Shown: piece by piece, positions 9,877 to 19,055 of the stretch
Numbering within the stretch: the first letter of the stretch is position 1
Layout: every line of letters begins with the position of its first letter
NCBI GenBank assembly: GCA_011364905.1
Contig: RDNZ01000019.1
Coordinates: 4,354-48,794 of the forward strand
Length of the DNA: 44,441 bases
Direction: 5' to 3'
Origin: Candidatus Thorarchaeota archaeon
GTDB lineage: Archaea > Asgardarchaeota > Thorarchaeia > Thorarchaeales > Thorarchaeaceae
Notes under the pieces: generated by a model
What the model was told of the DNA's origin: nothing
What the model saw: the letters and a program-made list of their open reading frames with translations, nothing else
The model's database searches: none
Position numbers and translations under genes: made by a program

Positions 9877-11181
9877 ATGTTAGAGGAATATAATGCAAGA
9901 ACTCCAAAGTCTGCAGCACTCTGGAAACGCGCGGTCAAGCTATTCCCAGGTGGCGTGAGTCACAATATTCGGACTTTTGGCATGCCAGGATGTGGTTCTT
10001 ATCCACCGTACATTAGTCATGGCCAAGATGGACACATCTGGGATGTGGATGGAAACGAGTACATCGATTGGTGGATGACGCACTACTCCCTCATTCTGGG
10101 ACACAATGACCCGAATGTTAAGGAGGCAATCAGAGACCAGATTGAGGCGGGACATCACTTCGGCACTCCAACAGAGCCTCAGGTAAGGTACGGTGAGCGC
10201 CTCAAAGAGGCGATTCCTTTCCTGGAGAAGATGAGGTTCACTGCCACAGGAGGCGAGTCTACGATGTATGCCGTTCGACTAGCGAGGCTTTTCACAAAGA
10301 GAAAACTCGTGGGCAAATCCCTAGGAGGATGGCATGGAGGAAACGATGCCCTCACCTATCACATGAGCTATCCATACTCTGACGAACCATTCTACAATGG
10401 CGTGTCCTTTGATTACAACAACCGAGAGAGCTTTGACCAAATGCTGAAGCAGTATGGGAAAGACCTGGCAGCGGTAATCATAGAGCCGGTCATTGGTGCT
10501 GGTGGAGGGATCCCACCTGAGGGAAACATTCTCTCATACATGCGTGAGGAAACTGAGTCTCGTGACATCCTCCTCATCTTTGACGAGATCATCACTGGGT
10601 TTCGACTGAGGTATGGTACAGCAGGTGACGGTGTGTTTGGTGTCACGCCAGACTTGGTCACTCTTGGGAAGGCAGCCGCGGGAGGCATGCCTCTAGGGGT
10701 CTATGGTGGTCGTGAGGATGTCATGACGCTTGCAGCGCCTGGTGCGCAGGGCGGCAGGTGGGTTGGTGGAGGAACCTTCTCCAGCCATCCCTTGACAATG
10801 GTGGCCGGACTGGCTGTGCTTGATCGACTGAGGGAAAAGAGAGACCAATATGACCGGTTAAACAGGATGGGGGACTCGTTTAGGAAACGATTGAATGACA
10901 TGTTGCAGGAGATGAACGCGCCTTTGATTGGCACAGGATATGGCTCTATCAACTTCGTCAGCTGCCTTACTTCAGCACCGTCCAAGCCATTGAGAACACC
11001 AGGACAGCTTGGTGCACTCTTTGACCACAAGAATCAGGACCTCTTTCAAGGATATCTCATGCAAGAGGGAATATTTGGATACCATGGACTAGGAGCCTTG
11101 TCTTTCACACACTCAGATGAAGATATTGAGAGAACTCTTCAGGGAATTTCGAATGCTGTAATGAACATGCAACAGAGATAG
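9877..11181 (+). CDS. Class III PLP-dependent aminotransferase, glutamate-1-semialdehyde aminomutase-like
   Basis: PGGVSHNIR, WDVDGNEYID, LILGH, IIEPV, FDEIITGFR, DLVTLGKAAAGGMP (PLP lysine), GGTFSSHP; GGAGG RBS. Confidence 0.88.
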   Translation: MLEEYNARTPKSAALWKRAVKLFPGGVSHNIRTFGMPGCGSYPPYISHGQDGHIWDVDGNEYIDWWMTHYSLILGHNDPNVKEAIRDQIEAGHHFGTPTEPQVRYGERLKEAIPFLEKMRFTATGGESTMYAVRLARLFTKRKLVGKSLGGWHGGNDALTYHMSYPYSDEPFYNGVSFDYNNRESFDQMLKQYGKDLAAVIIEPVIGAGGGIPPEGNILSYMREETESRDILLIFDEIITGFRLRYGTAGDGVFGVTPDLVTLGKAAAGGMPLGVYGGREDVMTLAAPGAQGGRWVGGGTFSSHPLTMVAGLAVLDRLREKRDQYDRLNRMGDSFRKRLNDMLQEMNAPLIGTGYGSINFVSCLTSAPSKPLRTPGQLGALFDHKNQDLFQGYLMQEGIFGYHGLGALSFTHSDEDIERTLQGISNAVMNMQQR

Positions 11182-11416
11182 AGGACTCCTCGTTTCATAC
11201 AAAACCCTATTCGTTCACTATCTAATCCGAAACGGATAGGGGTGTTTGATGAATGTTGCCCAGACGGTCGAAAGTCTTGAGATACCTTAAGTTCCAGTTG
11301 GAATCTAAGAGGAAACAGTTTCAACACCGAATTTTGGAAGTGAGGGCGAGAATATGAGAATTAGTTAGCTAGCTTACTTATATTCATTCATAATTCCTGA
11401 GTGACGAGGCTGAAAT

Positions 11417-13915
11417 ATGAAGAAAGCCGCAACACTACTTATACTGGTATTTCTTGTCGCACCCCTCTGTGTTACAACAGCAGTGCCAAGCGCTTTGGCA
11501 CAATCAGCTGTTAACACGACTGCGATGCAAGACAATGTGCCTATGAACACATTTCAGGAGGCTTCGGACATTCAACGGGATATCCGAGTCGCCCTGTATG
11601 ATGAGTCAAATGCGACCGCACCCTCATACTCTTACAGTGGATTATGGACTACTAATGTCACTGAGATTGAGATTTTTCTCAACAATGCAGGATTTGATGT
11701 CACAAGACTGACTGCAGCAGAGATTGATGGGTCTGACACCTTAAGGACTGCTCTCTTTGATGTCTTCGTCATGGTTGACAACAATCCACGTGAATCAATA
11801 ACAGATGAAGTTCTAAACTTCTGGAAAGCTGGTGGTGGAATTCTGAGCTTTGATGGAGCAATCAGTTTTCTATGTTATTTTGGGGTGATGGTCCCCGACT
11901 CCCTGAATGATAATGGGATTGGGACTTATTGGACATATTCATGGTCCAACAATCAGACTGTCATGTCACGTCACCCAGTGTCGCAGCACCTGATGATCGG
12001 TGACAATATTACGGACAATCTAGACTGGGCGGCATTTGATTGGTCCGCCTTGCAAGGATTCTCCTACTCTGATGAATATACACCAATCACACACGCAACG
12101 ACAGGTACCAATTGGGTCAACACATTGGCTCGTGACACTGTCCTAGGTGGAAGAGTCGTTCAGACCTTTGGAGATGCCAATCCTATTGCAGACGGTCATG
12201 ACCAGATTATCATTGATGCCATCAACTGGCTCTGTCCAAGACCTAAAGCCAGAGTAGCATTCGATTATACACATCAACCGTATTACGGAATTGACGCTAA
12301 CGACCCATATCTGGGTTACAATTCAGCTGACAGATACGCACAGTGGCGAGATGCTCTTGTGAATCGCACATTCACTGTCGATAAGCTCTATCCTTCACCC
12401 GAGGGAAATCTGACAGCGGAGAAACTTGCTCCCTATGATGTGATTGTTATTAACACCCCTCTTGTGAATTTCAGCGCTGCTGAAGTACAGGCTGTCACTA
12501 ACTGGGTTTCTCAGGGAGGCGGTCTGATCCTGCTTGGAGACTATAACACATTCTCAGAGCAGAACGCCAATATGAACTACTTACTCTCAAACTTCGACAT
12601 GAGCCTTACATCAACAATGTACACAGTGGGCTCATTTACTACTTCAGAATATGAGATACATCCGACTGTTGAGTCCGTGACATCCACTTATTATTCGGGT
12701 GGTGTCTACCTCAATATTACAGGAGCTGCATATCCACTCTGGTACGACGGTCCTAACATCGTCAGCGCTGCGCGTGAATATGGTTCAGGACGCGTGTATC
12801 TTTGTGGAGACATCAACGCCTTTGCAGTCGATATCGATAATGCAGCCAATATGCAGTATTCGATCAATCTCGTCAACTGGATTTCCAGTGGATCAGCACC
12901 AGTACTGCTATATGTTGATGAACCATTGAGTGCAAACTACTACAGAACTCCTGTGGCTTTGGCACTCAACGAGCTCGCACTAGACTATTATCTGACTTCT
13001 GATGCTCCGTACTTGAATCTCTCACTGAGCCTACGAGAATGGTATTTGGTGATTGTTGACAATCCTTGGCCGTCAATTACCGGGTTTTATCCTGATTTCG
13101 ATGAATACATTCAATCAGGCGGCAGATTCCTGATGTCAGGGTATCAAGTAAATAGCCGTCCGAATAGTCCTCTATGGTCAACGCTCGGGTTCGGATTTGC
13201 AGGTCCATCGGCAGATAGCGTTCCGCTCTATGTTTGGGATGAGAGTGCACCAATCTTCAATATTCCACATCAGTATGGTGCAGCAAACTTCACACCATTC
13301 ACAGATTACGGTGATGAAGGCGATATGCTCACCGTTCTTGGAAACGCCACAGCTATTGCAGGCTTTTCACCCACATCTCAGAGTGGAAATGCGTCCATTG
13401 TTGTGAGAAACGATGGGATGACTGTCTACAATGGTTATCTGATTGATGAGTTTTCGAATGACCTTGATGACTCAACCTATGCTGACAACTTCGAACTTTG
13501 GCTGAACGAAATCGCGTTTTTGCTTAGACCAAGCATCGATCACCCATCCGATGTCGAATTCACCGAGGGAACACCAGGACATAGCATTACGTGGACACCC
13601 ACGAGTGTCTACCCAGCAAGCTATCTCATTAGGATAAACGGCAGTCTCGCTGAACAAGGGCTATGGCATGGCGCTCCTATCGGATTCAGTGTCGACAATC
13701 TTGTGAATGGGACCCATGTTGTTGTCATCACAGTTATGGATAAGGCGGGGTACACTGTAGCTGATGAGGTGATTGTTACAGTCACACCGACAACGCCCAC
13801 TACAACTGGAGGACTACCACCAATCAATCCAACACTGGTGATAGTGATCCTTGCTGCTGCTGGAGTTGCAGTAATCATCATCATAGTTCTGATGAAACAA
13901 CGCTCAAGAGAATAA
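11417..13915 (+). CDS. Large cell-surface glycoprotein with tandem class I glutamine-amidotransferase-like (DUF4350/GldG-like) domains, Ig-like domain, Thr-rich linker and C-terminal TM anchor
   Basis: Signal peptide; three repeats of the type 'FWKAGGGIL / WVSQGGGLILLGD / YIQSGGRFL', two closed by 'DAINWL / NLVNWI'; many NxS/T sequons; TPTTPTTTGG then TM then KQRSRE. Confidence 0.7.
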   Translation: MKKAATLLILVFLVAPLCVTTAVPSALAQSAVNTTAMQDNVPMNTFQEASDIQRDIRVALYDESNATAPSYSYSGLWTTNVTEIEIFLNNAGFDVTRLTAAEIDGSDTLRTALFDVFVMVDNNPRESITDEVLNFWKAGGGILSFDGAISFLCYFGVMVPDSLNDNGIGTYWTYSWSNNQTVMSRHPVSQHLMIGDNITDNLDWAAFDWSALQGFSYSDEYTPITHATTGTNWVNTLARDTVLGGRVVQTFGDANPIADGHDQIIIDAINWLCPRPKARVAFDYTHQPYYGIDANDPYLGYNSADRYAQWRDALVNRTFTVDKLYPSPEGNLTAEKLAPYDVIVINTPLVNFSAAEVQAVTNWVSQGGGLILLGDYNTFSEQNANMNYLLSNFDMSLTSTMYTVGSFTTSEYEIHPTVESVTSTYYSGGVYLNITGAAYPLWYDGPNIVSAAREYGSGRVYLCGDINAFAVDIDNAANMQYSINLVNWISSGSAPVLLYVDEPLSANYYRTPVALALNELALDYYLTSDAPYLNLSLSLREWYLVIVDNPWPSITGFYPDFDEYIQSGGRFLMSGYQVNSRPNSPLWSTLGFGFAGPSADSVPLYVWDESAPIFNIPHQYGAANFTPFTDYGDEGDMLTVLGNATAIAGFSPTSQSGNASIVVRNDGMTVYNGYLIDEFSNDLDDSTYADNFELWLNEIAFLLRPSIDHPSDVEFTEGTPGHSITWTPTSVYPASYLIRINGSLAEQGLWHGAPIGFSVDNLVNGTHVVVITVMDKAGYTVADEVIVTVTPTTPTTTGGLPPINPTLVIVILAAAGVAVIIIIVLMKQRSRE

Positions 13916-13925
13916 CCAATGACTT

Positions 13926-13961
13926 GAAGCCCAGCTGGCCTGGGCTTCCCCTCTCTTTTTT
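13926..13961 (+). terminator. Stem-loop plus pyrimidine/T tract after the surface-protein gene
   Basis: GAAGCCCAG (13926-34) / CTGGGCTTC (13940-48) perfect 9-bp stem with 5-nt loop, followed by CCCTCTCTTTTTT. Confidence 0.6.
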
Positions 13962-14055
13962 CTAATTTTATTCTACAATAACAACAATGGTGAATGCTTC
14001 ACTATTGAGCATGAAGTCTTTTATGAGCTTGAGGTATCAGACCTTGGGATTCATC

Positions 14056-14856
14056 TTGCGGCCATATAGATCTCTACCAACCCTAAGACTAACAGCCAAT
14101 CAGGCGATAGATGAGGCTGATTTTCTTGCCATTGAATCAGTTCTGGAAGTGAGAGTGGACAAAGAGTTCGTCGCAGCTTTTGTCTGCAGCCCAGGACTTG
14201 AAGAAGAACTCGCAATAGGCTATCTCCTCTCTACTGGAATCATTGGTTCGTTCACTGATATCAGCAAGATTCGACATGCCAATCATCGATGCGACATCAA
14301 GGTTCGAGAGGGTGTGACTCCCGAAACGCAGAGAGGTTTCTCTCAGGTGAGAAGATTCATCGGAACAGAGTGCAGTGCTCCGGAGGTCTTAAGAGAACTC
14401 AGAACAGCAGAGGGAGTTCCATCGATTAACAAAACCATTGACATCGAACTTGGCACCTTGATTGAGATTGCAGGGAAACTGCGAAATGCTCAGACTGATA
14501 GAAAGCGGACTGGAGCCTTCCATGGGGCCCTCATGCACAGCTTTGCTGACAATGAGTATGTGTTTGCAGAAGATATAGGACGTCACAATGCTGTCGACAA
14601 GACGATAGGACAGGCTGCACGACAGGGATTCGATCTCACCAAGTGTCTGGTCTTCACCTCTGGTCGATTGACAGCAGACATCGTTAGTAAGTGCGCGTGG
14701 ACGTCTATCCCGTTATTAGTCTCGTTTGCAGTGTCGACAGACGCAGGTGTGAAGTTTGCTCAAAAGGCCAATCTCACTCTTGTTGGTGCATTCAAGGGGC
14801 GAAGTGCAAGAGTCTATAACCAGGGAGCCTGCAAGATAAGGACTTCCAAAGAGTGA
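14056..14856 (+). CDS. fdhD: FdhD/NarQ-family sulfurtransferase (molybdo/tungsto-cofactor accessory)
   Basis: CSPGLEEELAIGYL, RTGAFHGA, EDIGRHNAVDKTIG, TSGRLTADIVSK; start uncertain (ORF open from 13987, TTG 14056 with GGGA upstream preferred). Confidence 0.85.
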   Translation: MRPYRSLPTLRLTANQAIDEADFLAIESVLEVRVDKEFVAAFVCSPGLEEELAIGYLLSTGIIGSFTDISKIRHANHRCDIKVREGVTPETQRGFSQVRRFIGTECSAPEVLRELRTAEGVPSINKTIDIELGTLIEIAGKLRNAQTDRKRTGAFHGALMHSFADNEYVFAEDIGRHNAVDKTIGQAARQGFDLTKCLVFTSGRLTADIVSKCAWTSIPLLVSFAVSTDAGVKFAQKANLTLVGAFKGRSARVYNQGACKIRTSKE

Positions 14857-14873
14857 TAAAAGCAGATGTTCTT

Positions 14874-15653
14874 TCATTCCGCAGCAGACCATAGGTCCGA
14901 GAAGATCTGCGCGAAGAAATCCACATACTCCTTGTTTTCGGAAAGTATGACCTGGTCTGTTTCTGTGGAAGATGAAAACAGGAAAGTCATGACTGCATCA
15001 TCCACAAGTGCAAAGGAGAGTGGCACATCGGAGAGGAGTTTTGTTCCAAAAGGCAGCGGGAACGCAGTGTCGGAAATGAATCGAATATCCGCATTCAAGG
15101 AAACAAGCTGTTCCAACTGAGGGCGAAGAAGGTACCAATCGACAACTCCTCCTAAGGCTCTCTTAGAAACCCAAACCCTGGACTTTGCTTTTTCAAGGAG
15201 CTTCGAGAGCTCAGTGACAACCCCTTCAAGGGGAATCAGTTTCGTTGTTGATCGTTCAGTTAGAGGTCGTGTCTTGTCATGAAGAGATTGCAAAGCAAGC
15301 GAGAGAGCTGATATCTGATACACACGTTGTGTATGCGACCTGTTAAGCTGCTCCACAATCTTTGCCACAGCGAGTTCTGGTGAAACAGCCTCATATCGAA
15401 GAGGGCTCATATCGGTCTTCAAAATCAGTCCTTTGGATTCAAGCCCTTTCAAATTGTCATATATTCGTGACCGGTGAATCTTAGTGATTTGGCTAAGAGC
15501 GCCTGGAGTGATAGGGGCTCTACCAAGTAAATGGACATAGGCTCGAGCCTCATTGGGAGTCAATCCCAAGACATGGACTAGGTCATGATGCAACGTTTCC
15601 GAGTCATTCTCGTGGATTCGTGATAATGCATCAATGCTTGGTTCCTGCTTCAT
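14874..15653 (-). CDS. TrmB-family transcriptional regulator
   Basis: LGLTPNEARAYVHLL...IHRSRIYDNLKGLESKGLI...YEAVSP TrmB HTH; C-terminal PLD-like effector domain (KAKSRVWV, FALVDD, IFSDLWS). Confidence 0.88.
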   Translation of the reverse strand: MKQEPSIDALSRIHENDSETLHHDLVHVLGLTPNEARAYVHLLGRAPITPGALSQITKIHRSRIYDNLKGLESKGLILKTDMSPLRYEAVSPELAVAKIVEQLNRSHTQRVYQISALSLALQSLHDKTRPLTERSTTKLIPLEGVVTELSKLLEKAKSRVWVSKRALGGVVDWYLLRPQLEQLVSLNADIRFISDTAFPLPFGTKLLSDVPLSFALVDDAVMTFLFSSSTETDQVILSENKEYVDFFAQIFSDLWSAAE

Positions 15654-15733
15654 TCATGTCTCTCCGTGTTGCAACAGCAGCGTGGTGCTATCTTATTAAC
15701 TGTGCTAAAGAGCACAATCAAAGATGATGTCTA

Positions 15734-16642
15734 ATGGCTACGATTTTGTCAGTATTTCCAGTTGTCACTGTTCTCGTTGCTGTTGTGTTTGCCTACCTAG
15801 TCGCTAGGCAGTGGCAACGGAGGCATAGGATATACCAAGTTCTATGGTTCATATCTTTGATAATGTTCGCAGTGGCTGCAGGATTCGAGGCGTATTCCGA
15901 GTTCTTCAGCTGGAACATCGAGATCTACAAGGTTTATCTTGTGCTCTCTGCGTCTTTGGTCGCAATAATGGGCGCTGGAGCACTTTATCTGGTTCTCGCG
16001 AAGAATGTGTTCTCAAAGCGCGGCCTTTTCGTAATTGATGGTATTCTGTTCGCCATCGTCGTCATGTTCTCATATATGATGACGCTGAGTACCCACACAG
16101 ACTTTTCAGCGCTGGCACTTGGAGCTATGGAGTATCCTGTTGCAGGTATCGGCACTTATGGAATACTGATTCTTGTAGCATACATTCTTAGTCGCAATAA
16201 GGATGTCAACCAGACCAAGATGCTCCATGGGCATATCTACCTGGTCTTCGCAATCGTGATGACACTGTGGATGGGAGTATATGCTGCAGTTGCTCAGATT
16301 TCCACCGAGAACTTCGTCGCAGGGATTGCAGTGGCAGGAAACGCAATGCCACAACACGTGAGGAACTTCTCACCGATGCTATCGGTGACTGGGGCCTTTC
16401 TTTTAATTGGAGCAGCCTTCTTCTCATTTATCAAGACCAGGTTCAACTACAATCTTTGGATTGTTTTGGGAGGACTAGCGATTTCCATCGCTGGAGCAAT
16501 CGCGAGGTCAGGAGTTGAGTATGGCAATGTTCTCTACATTGGAGAAGTCATTGGTATTTTCCTGTTGACAAAGGGATTCATAGACTCAGACAAAATTATC
16601 AAAGAGAGAGAAGAGCGGTTACAGAAGAAACCAGAAGAATAA
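15734..16642 (+). CDS. Polytopic membrane protein of unknown function (~9 TM)
   Basis: Long ORF of alternating hydrophobic helices, charged C-terminal tail; divergent from TrmB gene. Confidence 0.75.
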   Translation: MATILSVFPVVTVLVAVVFAYLVARQWQRRHRIYQVLWFISLIMFAVAAGFEAYSEFFSWNIEIYKVYLVLSASLVAIMGAGALYLVLAKNVFSKRGLFVIDGILFAIVVMFSYMMTLSTHTDFSALALGAMEYPVAGIGTYGILILVAYILSRNKDVNQTKMLHGHIYLVFAIVMTLWMGVYAAVAQISTENFVAGIAVAGNAMPQHVRNFSPMLSVTGAFLLIGAAFFSFIKTRFNYNLWIVLGGLAISIAGAIARSGVEYGNVLYIGEVIGIFLLTKGFIDSDKIIKEREERLQKKPEE

Positions 16643-16735
16643 CAAGTGGTCTCCAAGAAACTGAAGGAGGAACTGAGAAGCGATACGGATATCTTTGTAA
16701 TAACCAAGAGTCCGCTAGACCTACTGAATCCTGCA

Positions 16736-18091
16736 TTATCTCAGTATCTTGACCAACGGGTCTGTCAATCGTTCAACAACGGATGCAGTGGCAACTCCCA
16801 TAGATCCTCCCTTGCGAAGAAAATATTGAGCAAGTCCTTTGTATTTTGCCAAGCGTAGTTTGGTTTCTGAAAAGTCACCCGAGAAGAGAAGTTGATGTCT
16901 ACTAGCTTGGCCCCGTTGTTTTCTCCATTGAGGTCGGGTTATGCGCTGCTCGACTTTAGTGTAGAGTCCAGTTCCAAAAATGGGGTATGGAAAGGAGTAT
17001 GAGAGGTAATCAAGTGGAAGAGCAGATGAGAATCGCAGTGTGTCTAGCAGTGATGCGTTTGACTCTCCAGGATATCCAAGGATGAAAAAACCACCGGTCG
17101 CTATTCCTGCATGTTTTGCAGACTTGATGGCTTTCTCAACATCACTCAGGACAATCCGTTTATTCATGACCTTGAGCATCCTTTCGTTCCCGGACTCGAT
17201 GCCAAAGAATATCTGTTTACATCCTGCCCTTGCCATTTTTGTGGCCGTTCGCTCATCAAGCCTGTCAGCCCTACTCAAACACATCCATCCAAGATCGAGT
17301 TTTTCGTGAATGAGAAGATCGCAGATTTCCTCCACTCTCTGGAGGTTCTGTGTAAAGCAATCATCTGAGAAGAATACACGATCATAGCCAAGACTCTCAA
17401 TCTCCCTCATCTCATCAACGACATTTGAAGCAGAACGCTCTCTGTAGCTTCGTCCAAAGATTGGATTACTACAGAAGTCACATAGATAGGGGCACCCTCT
17501 TGTGGTGATTTGGTTTGTTACTGTATATCCATACAAAGTGCTCCAGTAGTGCTTGTAAGACTTGTTGGGAAACAGATCACGCGCTGGAAAGGGGAGTCTA
17601 TCCAAGTTCTGCTCAAACGGGCGATCTTGGTTTTGGTGGCAGTTTCCTTCATCGTCAAGGAATGCGATTCCCAACACTTCTTTCCACGAAGCCCCGTTTA
17701 GATGATTTCTTACGACCTCAAGAAAAGTGTGCTCTCCCTCGTGTATAACCACGAGGTCAAACATGTCAAGAAACTCCTCAGGGACCAGACTGGGTAGAGG
17801 ACCTCCAGCAACGAGAAGCTCTGTTTCTTCACGAAGAGCCTTGGCGAGTTCTGTTGCGTGGTGATTAATTGTAACCATGGAGTATATGCCAACAATTCGA
17901 GGATGTGACTGTCTAACTATTCGAAGTGCATGCTGGGGATCAATGAATGTACAGTCAAGAATCTGGACAGACACACCGTTCGTTCGCAGCATGGATGCGA
18001 GATATCCAAGTCCAAGAGGAGGATAGCGAAATATAGAGCGGTCCAGTTCTTCATTGAAATAAGGATAAATGAGAAGGACATCAACACTCAT
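16736..18091 (-). CDS. Cobalamin-binding (class B-type) radical SAM protein
   Basis: PPLGLGYLAS and AGGPLPS B12-binding domain; TTRGCPYLCDFC CxxxCxxC; FSDDCFT; FGIESG; FILGYPGE. Confidence 0.92.
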   Translation of the reverse strand: MSVDVLLIYPYFNEELDRSIFRYPPLGLGYLASMLRTNGVSVQILDCTFIDPQHALRIVRQSHPRIVGIYSMVTINHHATELAKALREETELLVAGGPLPSLVPEEFLDMFDLVVIHEGEHTFLEVVRNHLNGASWKEVLGIAFLDDEGNCHQNQDRPFEQNLDRLPFPARDLFPNKSYKHYWSTLYGYTVTNQITTRGCPYLCDFCSNPIFGRSYRERSASNVVDEMREIESLGYDRVFFSDDCFTQNLQRVEEICDLLIHEKLDLGWMCLSRADRLDERTATKMARAGCKQIFFGIESGNERMLKVMNKRIVLSDVEKAIKSAKHAGIATGGFFILGYPGESNASLLDTLRFSSALPLDYLSYSFPYPIFGTGLYTKVEQRITRPQWRKQRGQASRHQLLFSGDFSETKLRLAKYKGLAQYFLRKGGSMGVATASVVERLTDPLVKILR

Positions 18092-18945
18092 GATTCAATC
18101 ACTCCATTCAAATCTGGTCTGATTGTTACCTTGTATCTCACACTCTTTGAGGACGGATGTATCTTGAGGATAACTCCGCTCCAGCAAATATGCTGCCCGA
18201 TAATCTCTCTTCCACGAAATGCCTCAACCTCCTTTGGAATATCCACGCGGAATGCAATTTTCATAGATGGCGATTGAAACTCAGCCCATGTTGCGTGTAT
18301 CTTATCCCATCCTTCGATAGAATCTCCCTGCAGTGTTAGCCCTGAGCTGTCTGTATACACATCGAAAAAAGTCCCCCCAAGTTCATTTGATACATAGATG
18401 TGCTGCAGACCAGAGGTTTGGACTCCTGAGAGGTCCAATTCTATGGCAATCGCATTTGAATCATGATCGATTGAGTACGAGGACAGTATCGAGCCTTTGC
18501 TCTCTACTTCGAAATACGCAAAGGAGTAGTTCTCTGAGATATTCGGGGCAAATCTGTTAATCAGAAGAAGAGAAACTCTCCTTCCAAAGCTTGTTTTGTA
18601 GATTCGGTTGTAAATCCTCTGGCTCACCCATGTGAACATTCCTGCGTGTGATGAGACCTTTCTTTGACGACGGTCAATTAGGTTCATGGTGAATTTCTTC
18701 CACGCTTGATGGTCTTCTATTCTCCCATCCTTTGACACCGTGGACTTGCCGGGGAAGTAGAAGTCTCGTTTGTACTGGAGAATCGGAACACCGAAACCAA
18801 CCCCTTCTTCACAGAGAACTGCGTCGGAGTGATCCATGGAAAGAAGTAATCCCTTTTGAACGGGGGTTGTTTTCCCGGAGCGAGGCCATGGGCTACTACT
18901 CAAGTGGTAAGATACCACAGAGTCTTGAACCGACTCTCGAGACAT
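18088..18945 (-). CDS. Hypothetical protein translationally coupled to the B12 radical SAM gene
   Basis: 285-aa ORF; stop overlaps downstream ATG (ATGA); motifs EEGVGFGVP, SNELGGTFF, FRGRE. Confidence 0.7.
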   Translation of the reverse strand: MSRESVQDSVVSYHLSSSPWPRSGKTTPVQKGLLLSMDHSDAVLCEEGVGFGVPILQYKRDFYFPGKSTVSKDGRIEDHQAWKKFTMNLIDRRQRKVSSHAGMFTWVSQRIYNRIYKTSFGRRVSLLLINRFAPNISENYSFAYFEVESKGSILSSYSIDHDSNAIAIELDLSGVQTSGLQHIYVSNELGGTFFDVYTDSSGLTLQGDSIEGWDKIHATWAEFQSPSMKIAFRVDIPKEVEAFRGREIIGQHICWSGVILKIHPSSKSVRYKVTIRPDLNGVIES

Positions 18946-19055
18946 TCCCTACAATTCGAAAGATATCTTCTAAATCTGCCGATAAAGCCAAAAATTTGCG
19001 GTTTCACTCGCATCGAACCGTTTTTGTGAAATCACGCTGCAAACGCGACTCAATC

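Noticed and set aside
9877-11181. Calling this gene hemL
   Set aside because: Family motifs fit but several regions diverge and there is no tetrapyrrole context; left as class III aminotransferase
13915-13961. Possible SECIS element (AATGA followed by a hairpin)
   Set aside because: No gene with an in-frame UGA nearby and no convincing tandem GA core; a terminator fits better
16736-18091. Calling this gene a GDGT ring synthase (grsA/B)
   Set aside because: Only generic B12 radical SAM motifs are visible; subfamily needs a phylogeny
18995-19043. Imperfect intergenic hairpin (TTTGCGG-TTTCAC...GTGAAA..CTGCAAA)
   Set aside because: Short bulged stems could arise by chance; no tRNA or known RNA features
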